Shown here: positions 49,327 through 49,404 of the stretch, one piece after another
Position numbering within the stretch: position 1 is the first letter of the stretch
Layout: every line of letters begins with the position of its first letter
Origin: an uncultured beta proteobacterium
GTDB taxonomy: Bacteria; Pseudomonadota; Gammaproteobacteria; Burkholderiales; Burkholderiaceae_C
Assembly: GCA_903861575.1 (NCBI GenBank)
Contig: CAIOUR010000022.1
Location: forward strand, 1-49,404
Reading direction: 5' to 3'
DNA: 49,404 nt
The notes under the pieces: generated by a model
What the model was told of the DNA's origin: nothing
What the model saw: the letters and a program-made list of their open reading frames with translations, nothing else
Databases searched by the model: none
Made by a program: the position numbers and the translations under genes

Positions 49327-49404
49327 CAAAGATTGCTTTTTTTAACCGGAGGCCCGGTTGATCGTTTAACACGATTTTACTTGATGGGATTTCCTTCATT
49401 GTCA

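Overview
GC-rich betaproteobacterial chromosomal segment; gene content and order suggest Burkholderiales, probably Comamonadaceae. Left to right: partial tgt; a vapBC pair; a dienelactone-hydrolase-family gene and maleate isomerase with a divergent LysR; queA; a cobalt-type nitrile hydratase operon; yqjD/E/K-like genes; a heptose adenylyltransferase and a ferritin-like gene; an 8-gene fatty-acid-modification cluster resembling the Rhodobacter furan-fatty-acid (ufa) genes; GST, purB, yaeQ; a yybP-ykoY (Mn) riboswitch with a TerC-family gene; bepA-like protease and moaC; six small exported proteins; a type IV pilin glycosylation locus (pilA, small ORF, TPR/GT41/GT2-like fusion, low-GC FkbM-GT4 fusion, TfpZ-like, PglL-like); a second TerC gene, sucCD, argC; an uncharacterised amidase/CE4 hydrolase/MCGxCG protein/COG0523 cluster followed by a sigma54-driven ABC importer ending in a truncated SnoaL gene; infA, Lrp, minCDE. 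I saw no rRNA, tRNA, CRISPR array, transposase or integrase. The best candidates for undescribed systems are the pilin-modification cassette and the metal-dependent amide-catabolism cluster. All calls come from reading motifs by eye; no database searches were run.
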